This document shows positions 57,997-64,000 of a stretch of DNA of 64,000 nucleotides, one piece after another. The stretch's first letter is position 1. Each line of letters starts with the position of its first letter. Under the pieces are notes generated by a model, which was not told the origin of the DNA, did no database searches, and worked only from the letters and a program-made list of their open reading frames with translations. The DNA lies in assembly GCA_038230375.1 (NCBI GenBank), contig JBBRNJ010000029.1:1-64000 (forward strand). The letters run 5' to 3'. A program made the position numbers and the translations under genes. The stretch is from Polyangiales bacterium. Lineage in GTDB: Bacteria; Myxococcota_A; Polyangia; Polyangiales; Polyangiaceae.

Positions 57997-59016
57997 ATGG
58001 GACTCATGGGCATGAGGGGCGCGCGCTTTGCGGCAACGGTGGCAGCGACCTTCGCATGCGCCGCGCTTGCAAGCGCGTGCGCTGGCCTCATTGGTGCGGA
58101 CTTCAACCACGAGGAGAGCGCAGGTGGAGGCGGAGAGGCCGGCGCGGATGGTGCCTTTGCGGACGGCAGCGTCGGCTCAGACGGCGCGCCAGTAGCCGCG
58201 GATGGCGGCACCGGGATGCTGGACGGAAAGGCCGCGGGCGACGGCTCGTCGACCATGGATGGCGCGGCGACTGGACGCAGCCCGCTCGACATCTTTGGTC
58301 CGGGCGTGCTGAAGGTCTGGCTGGACGCCAACAAGGCGCTCTTCACCGGCGGCGGCAACCCGAACGTACTTGCGTGGAATGATCAATCCGGAAACATGAT
58401 CAACGGAGGTCCTGCGGGCGCGGGCGGCGGGCAGCTCACGCGTCTGACGAAGGACGTGAACGGCCTGCCGGCGGTCCAGGTCGACGGTGACGCACTCTCG
58501 CTCGGCGCGAAGTCGCCCGGCATCGTCGCCACGGACGACTTCTACATCGGGATGGTCGCGCGGTATCAGACGCTCGGCGGCTCGCAGGACCGCTTCTTCT
58601 TCTCCCGGTTCTCCGCCGCGCCGCATGGCTACGCGCTCTACGCCGGGTCGACTGGAAGCAGCGCGGCGGCCGGGACACTGGACGTTGTCGGCATCACGCA
58701 GAAGTCAGCGGACACCACCACGGCGGACAACAACTATCGCGTCTATGCGCTCCGTCGAACGAACAGCAACAGCGGCGGAAACGTCACGATGGAGGTCCGC
58801 GTGAACGGCGTGGTCACCAGCGTGGCGGTGCCGAACGGTGTCGCCGTGACGGATCCGAATCGACCGCTGCTCTTCGGAGGTTCGCTAAAGGGCGCTGCGC
58901 TGGACCGCTTCATGTTCGGAGCATTCGCCGAGATCGTGGTCCTTCAGGGCACGGTGTCAGACCAGAGCGTGGTGGAACTGGAGACGAATCTGCGGGCAAA
59001 ATACGCTCTTCCGTGA
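57997..59016 (+). CDS. Lipoprotein with LamG/ConA-like domain
   Basis: SAC lipobox; DGG linker; VWLDA..W.DQSGN; VNGLPAV; G.FAEIVV; LRAKY. Start may be 58006. Confidence 0.85.
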   Translation: MGLMGMRGARFAATVAATFACAALASACAGLIGADFNHEESAGGGGEAGADGAFADGSVGSDGAPVAADGGTGMLDGKAAGDGSSTMDGAATGRSPLDIFGPGVLKVWLDANKALFTGGGNPNVLAWNDQSGNMINGGPAGAGGGQLTRLTKDVNGLPAVQVDGDALSLGAKSPGIVATDDFYIGMVARYQTLGGSQDRFFFSRFSAAPHGYALYAGSTGSSAAAGTLDVVGITQKSADTTTADNNYRVYALRRTNSNSGGNVTMEVRVNGVVTSVAVPNGVAVTDPNRPLLFGGSLKGAALDRFMFGAFAEIVVLQGTVSDQSVVELETNLRAKYALP

Positions 59017-59161
59017 GCTGCCTGCACGCTCCCACCTGCACGCACGAGCGCGTCGGAGCACTGGTTCGCCCATGAACCAGGGCGCGGCGGAACGGGGACC
59101 CGAACGCCTTTCACAGCCGAAAATGCCTAGTGCGTGAGTGGAAAGTCGGTACGATTATCAT

Positions 59162-60073
59162 GTGGCGGCTCTCTGGCGTAACGGTGTGTTGGTGCTCGCG
59201 GCGTGCGCGGCGGCCTTCGGCTGTTCGCTCGAGTCGGGGTACACCAGCGATCCCACGGAGCAGACCTCGAACAACGTGAACAAGGCCACGGGCGACGCGG
59301 GCACTGGTGGTGGTGGCGGCGGTGGTGGTGGCGGTGGTGGTGGCGGCAATGACGGCGGCGAGGGCATCGCGCCGAACCCCGACGCTGGCAACGTGACGAA
59401 GAGCACGTTCTGCATGACGGACGCTGGCGGTGCGCTGCTCGCATGCGATGACTTCGACGAGTCGACGACCCTTGCGTCGAACTGGGGCAAGGACGAGCAG
59501 GGCGCGGGGAGCATCGTGCTCGACAGCATGGGGGCGAAGTCCGCGCCCAACTCCGTCATCGCGACGCTCCCGGCGCACGCGACGAACTACATCTATCACG
59601 ACGTCGGGCTTCAGACGGGCGCCGGCAACGGCGCGTTCGCGATGGAGTTCGACCTGAACACCACGGCGGACCTCAACGCGAGCGGGAGCAACATCGCGAA
59701 CAACTACGCCTGCGTGCTCCAGGTCCCTTCGGACCAGCGCGAGTACGCCTCGTTCTGCTTCGGCAAGACGGAGGCGGCGGCATACATCAACACGTTCAAC
59801 GGCTCGGGCACGCTGACCACCACGAAGGTCCCGATGTCCGTCACCATGCCTCAGGGCTCGTGGCACCACTTCCGTGTGTTGTTCACGTTTGCGTCGGCAG
59901 GCTCGCTGTCTGTCGAGATGGACGGCGCGAAGGTGGGCGGCGTGTCCGGAATCCACACCGCCGACACGAAGGCGACGCTCCAGTACGTCTACCCCGAGAT
60001 CGGCCTCGAGACGGACGGCCAGTGGGGCAACACCACCGCGCGCTTCGACAACGTGCGCCTCACGCAGCTCTGA
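59162..60073 (+). CDS. Lipoprotein with CDDFD / ConA-like domain
   Basis: AFGC; poly-Gly linker; ACDDFDE; SAPNS; WHHFRV; FDNV; TACGAT 6 nt before the GTG. Confidence 0.8.
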   Translation: MAALWRNGVLVLAACAAAFGCSLESGYTSDPTEQTSNNVNKATGDAGTGGGGGGGGGGGGGGNDGGEGIAPNPDAGNVTKSTFCMTDAGGALLACDDFDESTTLASNWGKDEQGAGSIVLDSMGAKSAPNSVIATLPAHATNYIYHDVGLQTGAGNGAFAMEFDLNTTADLNASGSNIANNYACVLQVPSDQREYASFCFGKTEAAAYINTFNGSGTLTTTKVPMSVTMPQGSWHHFRVLFTFASAGSLSVEMDGAKVGGVSGIHTADTKATLQYVYPEIGLETDGQWGNTTARFDNVRLTQL

Positions 60074-60137
60074 CCCGTGGCGTGAGCCTGGCGGGCGCGT
60101 ATGGCAAGCGCGACCAAGGTGAGCTCGTCGCAGTGAA

Positions 60138-60797
60138 CTAGTAGGTGGTGAATGAGGTGCGGCGTAGCGCGCCGCTGGTCGTCGCGGTCGTGAGGCTGAG
60201 GGCGGCCTCGAACGACGTGGGCATCGTGTCGCCGAAGTAGACGACATCGAAGCTGCGGTCGACTGCGCTGTTCCATGCGTGGAACGAGAATGCGCCGCCA
60301 CCCGCGTCCACGATCTCGTAGGTGAACGTGGCGGCTGGATCCGCGGTGAACCCGCTTCCGTGCGCCGTGAGGTTGCCGCAGGTCGCGGCGCGCGCGGCGG
60401 GGTTGTTCATGAGGGTCGGATCGCCGATGAGGATGACCGAGTCACCCGGCGGGCACAGGGCGCTGGATGAACCGTCGCAGGCGATCCAGAGCCCACGTAC
60501 GCCCAGCTCGAGCGCACCCGCGTTGTCCCACACCGCGGCCTCCGGCGGCGCACCCTTGCAGATCGCGGGAGGCGGTCGCGTTGGCTGCTGGGGGCTCGTC
60601 TGACCTGGCTGCTCGGGCGGCGCGGTGCCGGCGGCGGAGGGCACAGGCGGGGCCGACGAAGCTCCCGATGCCGTCGGGCTCTCGGCTGTCCCGGACGACG
60701 GGTCGGCGGCGGGCGAGGAGGGATCGGCGGCGATCTGGCCGCATCCACCTGCGAGAAGCCCAAGGACCATGGTCAGTCGACCCGAAGAAACGTGCAT
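60138..60797 (-). CDS. Hypothetical lipoprotein
   Basis: AGGC lipobox; P/S/A linker; G.W..C domain. Confidence 0.7.
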   Translation of the reverse strand: MHVSSGRLTMVLGLLAGGCGQIAADPSSPAADPSSGTAESPTASGASSAPPVPSAAGTAPPEQPGQTSPQQPTRPPPAICKGAPPEAAVWDNAGALELGVRGLWIACDGSSSALCPPGDSVILIGDPTLMNNPAARAATCGNLTAHGSGFTADPAATFTYEIVDAGGGAFSFHAWNSAVDRSFDVVYFGDTMPTSFEAALSLTTATTSGALRRTSFTTY

Positions 60798-60886
60798 GTT
60801 GCCATCGCTTGGGAAGAGCGGAGGCATCTCGTCACGAAAACGACCGCGGCCCAAGGAGACAGTGTCTACGAACGTCCCAATCACCA

Positions 60887-61717
60887 ATGCGCTGGTCCTG
60901 GGCACTGGTTCTGGTGTGGGCGTGCAGCCAGCGCCCAGCGCCGTCATCGGAGGTGCCGCCTCCGAAGACGCCCGCGCCCGAGAGCACCGCACACACCACG
61001 AGCAAGAGCACGAGCACGACGAGCGCGGCGGAAGCACTCCCCATCCCTGCGCGCTCGCAAGCACCCGAGTCGCCGCCGGCAGGATGGTGTGGTGAGACCG
61101 CGCTTCAGGAGGCGCTGCTTCACCTGGGCATGTGGGCGCCGCAGCGGCTCATCAACCAGGCAGGCAAGCCCGCGCATCCGGATCTGTACTCGACCGACAT
61201 CCCTGTCGCGCTCGCGGCGCTCGGCGTTCGCCACACGTTCTACTCGGCGCAAAAGCGCGGCTTCGCACCATTCACGGCGTGGGTGGGAGGCGCGCTGGAC
61301 GAAGGCGATCCGGTGCTCGCGGGCGTGAAGGTGCTGCCCACGCAGCATCCGGAGTGGGGGCTCGACCACTTCGTGCTGGTGGTGGGTCACGGCGAGAAGG
61401 GGCTGCTCGTCAACACCACGTGGGGTGATCGCCGCTGGGTGGGAGACACGGAGACGCCGGGTCTGTCGTTCAAGAACGCGGTGTATGCGATTCGCCTGCT
61501 GGGCCTGTCGCTGCCAACGAATGCAGTGCCCGCGCGGATCTTGCTGCTGGAGGAGACGGCGAGCGTCGTCAAGCTGCGCGTCACGTGCACAGGCGCGAGC
61601 AACGTCGTGGAAGATCTGTCGGTCCCCGCCGCCGAGATCGCCCAGTTCCAGTGTGTCCGCGAGGAAGGCGCCGCCGCTCAGTTGAGCGTGGAGCGCTCGG
61701 CCTTGCGCAAGCGATGA
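60887..61717 (+). CDS. Peptidase C39-like lipoprotein
   Basis: VWAC; GWCGE (Cys); DHFVLVVG (His); VNTTWG (Asn). Confidence 0.8.
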   Translation: MRWSWALVLVWACSQRPAPSSEVPPPKTPAPESTAHTTSKSTSTTSAAEALPIPARSQAPESPPAGWCGETALQEALLHLGMWAPQRLINQAGKPAHPDLYSTDIPVALAALGVRHTFYSAQKRGFAPFTAWVGGALDEGDPVLAGVKVLPTQHPEWGLDHFVLVVGHGEKGLLVNTTWGDRRWVGDTETPGLSFKNAVYAIRLLGLSLPTNAVPARILLLEETASVVKLRVTCTGASNVVEDLSVPAAEIAQFQCVREEGAAAQLSVERSALRKR

Positions 61718-62346
61718 TGCTGGATCGCGATGGCAGCCGTCACCTCGCGCACGCGCACGCGCACGTCGAGCGTTTCGAGGATGCGCTGGCGCTCGGCGCC
61801 CTCCGCCACCATGTGGTGTGCGCAGAGATCGGCCAGCTCACCGGGTGAGATCCCCTTCGGAAGCTCGAACCGGAAGCTGCCCTCGCGCCTGGCGACCTCT
61901 CCTGCAAACGCGGTCGCCTCGGACATGAGCGCCGTGGTCTCGACGGCGGGCACGCTCACCGCCACGTCCGAGAGAACAACGCCGTGCGCACAGCGATACG
62001 GTTTCTGCGACGGGATCTCCGTGAGGCGCACGCGCGCGACGCCTCGCAGAAGCAGGTTCGAGCGGCCGTCCGACATGCGATGGTGCTCGGTGATGAGCCC
62101 GACGCCGGCCACGCCCGCGAAGAGCGGCTGACCGCTCGCGTCCGTGATGGATGGGTCGCCGAGCATGGCCATGACGATGAGCTTGTTGGATGCGAGAGCG
62201 TCTCGCAGCATCGCCCGATAGCGCGGCTCGAAGACGTGGAGGGGCATGACCGCGCCCGGAAAAAGAACAGCGTCGGGAAGCGGGAAGACCGGTACGTCCT
62301 GGAGGGCAGACTCCAGATCGAGATGCGTATCCATCGTGTCAGCCAC
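61678..62346 (-). CDS. Lon protease N-terminal substrate-binding domain protein
   Basis: PVFPLP..VLFPG..PLHVFEPRYR.M; DGRSNL.L.G..R. Confidence 0.92.
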   Translation of the reverse strand: MADTMDTHLDLESALQDVPVFPLPDAVLFPGAVMPLHVFEPRYRAMLRDALASNKLIVMAMLGDPSITDASGQPLFAGVAGVGLITEHHRMSDGRSNLLLRGVARVRLTEIPSQKPYRCAHGVVLSDVAVSVPAVETTALMSEATAFAGEVARREGSFRFELPKGISPGELADLCAHHMVAEGAERQRILETLDVRVRVREVTAAIAIQHHRLRKAERSTLN

Positions 62347-62378
62347 CCTGTGAGTGTAGACGACCTTCGCGCGGGGAG

Positions 62379-62891
62379 GTGAGGAAGCACACCCAAGACC
62401 ATCTGCGGAGCGCGGGTCAGAACGTGGTGAGAGCGCGGGCGTTCCAATCGGGTGGTGGCGCGCGTCAGCGAGGCGCCGCTCGTGTGGGCCTCGGCACCGG
62501 CCCCGCGTGGGCGGTCGTCTCGCTCGTCACGATGGTGGTGCTCTTCTACACGCTGGCGCCTGCGCACGCTGCGGAGCTCCAGAGGGTGAGCCTTGGTCCC
62601 GGGCCGGACATGATCGACGCGCCCATGGTGGAGGTGAACGGCAAGGTTGTCACCGTTGATGGCACGGAGGTGAAGCTGTCCGCATGGAACCCGCATGCGG
62701 TCACGCCGATGGATCCGCTCCAGACACGCCTGCGCGAATGGCGTGAGCGGATCGCCACCTACGGCCTCGCGCAGCCTCCGTCGCCGGCCATCGTCTACCG
62801 GCTAGCACCCGACACCCCCGCAGCGGCACTGCAGAGCGTCGACGACGCTGCACGCGCCGAAGGCTTCACCGAGCCGTACTTCCTGCGGTGA
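62379..62891 (+). CDS. ExbD-like membrane protein
   Basis: One TM (SLVTMVVLFY); V.VDG; APDTP....V...A...GF. Start uncertain. Confidence 0.5.
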   Translation: MRKHTQDHLRSAGQNVVRARAFQSGGGARQRGAARVGLGTGPAWAVVSLVTMVVLFYTLAPAHAAELQRVSLGPGPDMIDAPMVEVNGKVVTVDGTEVKLSAWNPHAVTPMDPLQTRLREWRERIATYGLAQPPSPAIVYRLAPDTPAAALQSVDDAARAEGFTEPYFLR

Positions 62892-62922
62892 CTCCGCGGC
62901 TCGGTCCTCGCGCGCGCTCGCT

Positions 62923-64000
62923 CTACTTCGGCGCCACCAGGATCGGCCAGTAGTGCTCCACCTTGCCCTGGGTGGAGCGCAATGCGACGACGGCCGCGCG
63001 GTCGCCCGTGTTGAGCTGCTGCGGCTGCGACAACAGCTTCAGCGTGACCGTCACCGGTAGACCGTTCCTCACGGTGCTCTGGTCCACGGTCGCCTCCACG
63101 ACGGCTGGCTTGCCGTAGAGCGACGCCAGGTCGAGCGCGTCGAGCGTGAACTCGCCCACGCCCTTCTCCGAGAACGGCATCACGTTGATCGTCACCGACT
63201 GGCCGACGGCGACCTTCACGCGCGACTTCTCCGGCGAGGCGTTGAAGTACAGCTCACCCGGGGTGTTCGGCACGCACGGATTCTTGCCGGCCTTCCCGGA
63301 CGCGTTCGAGTAGCCCCGCTGCACCTTGTATTTTCCGACCAGCGTCGTGGGCTCGAAGTCGCAGAGGTCACCGACCTCGGAGTAGAAGAAGGCGCCCCAC
63401 GCGGGGTCGTCCACGGTGTAGCCGTAGCCATCGGGATCCGTTGCGGCCTCGATCCACTCGTGCGCGGCCGTGAGCGTCACCTCACCAATGTCCGCCGAGC
63501 AGCGCCCGACCACGGCGTATGCGACCTGCGGCATCGCGCCGCCATCGAGCGAGCCCGCGTCAACGGTGCCGTCCGGCAGGTTGCCGGAGAGCGAGTGGTA
63601 TCCGTCGAACGCCACGCACTCCTCGAACCCTGGCTCGCCGAGCTTCACGGAGGCCGGGAAGAAGAACGTGTAGATTACATTCGCCGACGGCGCGGGAACC
63701 TTTTTATCGGCGATGAGCTGATAGAGGTAGCCCTCCACCTGCGCGAGCGTGAGCGACGTAGGCGCGGTCGGCAGGCTCACGTGCGCGGCCACCGCCAGCG
63801 GTCCGATGCAGTCGCCACCGCCGGTGCAGTACTCGTGCGTGGTCGCGGTCCACCATTCGCTGCCGACCATCGCGTCCGTGAACGCCTGCAGGTCGGCCTT
63901 CGCGCTGTCCGTGTCGTACGTGATCGTCACGATCTGCGGATGCGCGATGACGTGTGCAGGCTCGCCGGGCTGCGGCACCACCTGCGGGATCGGCGCGTGA
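62923..64000 (-). CDS. Secreted protein/lipoprotein with HE motif (partial, 5' end outside window)
   Basis: FDGYH, AAHEWIEAATDP, EVGDLC, VQR.YSN, PCVP; frame open to the window edge. Confidence 0.8.
   Translation of the reverse strand, partial: HAPIPQVVPQPGEPAHVIAHPQIVTITYDTDSAKADLQAFTDAMVGSEWWTATTHEYCTGGGDCIGPLAVAAHVSLPTAPTSLTLAQVEGYLYQLIADKKVPAPSANVIYTFFFPASVKLGEPGFEECVAFDGYHSLSGNLPDGTVDAGSLDGGAMPQVAYAVVGRCSADIGEVTLTAAHEWIEAATDPDGYGYTVDDPAWGAFFYSEVGDLCDFEPTTLVGKYKVQRGYSNASGKAGKNPCVPNTPGELYFNASPEKSRVKVAVGQSVTINVMPFSEKGVGEFTLDALDLASLYGKPAVVEATVDQSTVRNGLPVTVTLKLLSQPQQLNTGDRAAVVALRSTQGKVEHYWPILVAPK

Noticed and set aside
59306..59348. GGT/GGC run as a regulatory repeat
   Set aside because: Simply encodes a poly-Gly lipoprotein linker.

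Overview
High-GC bacterial DNA whose gene content points to Myxococcota, probably Polyangiaceae/Labilithrix-like (inference). Typical markers are many DAG/DGG-linker lipoproteins, AgmX/GltJ-like TonB-C proteins, a PEGA-domain Ser/Thr kinase and GRRP ferritin-like proteins. The first ~13 kb is an accessory mosaic. It holds a truncated multicopper oxidase, a 3'-half tRNA-Gly(CCC) fragment that looks like an att site, a VapBC pair, an FRG-domain gene and three IS91-family (HUH/Y2) transposase remnants. Two of those remnants form a 165-bp direct repeat with an identical left breakpoint and an in-frame 27-bp mini-insert. Two tandem-duplicated hairpins bracket a gene fragment. The rest is mostly intact genes: an ECF sigma factor back-to-back with a zinc-ribbon/TM/TonB-C gene, each preceded by a TCCAACC-N16-CGTCT promoter; a TAG-lipase-like patatin operon; a DNA-repair neighbourhood (XPB + DUF790/Bax1, PolX-PHP, Prim-PolC, LigC, no Ku seen); TetR/SDR with two operators; two beta-propeller/di-heme proteins; an orphan histidine kinase followed by a PilB/GspE-N2-like/TPR fusion; and a family of lectin-fold lipoproteins. 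Many genes appear leaderless (TANNNT 5-7 nt before the start). No rRNA, intact tRNA or CRISPR array was seen. All calls come from motif recognition by eye, not database searches.
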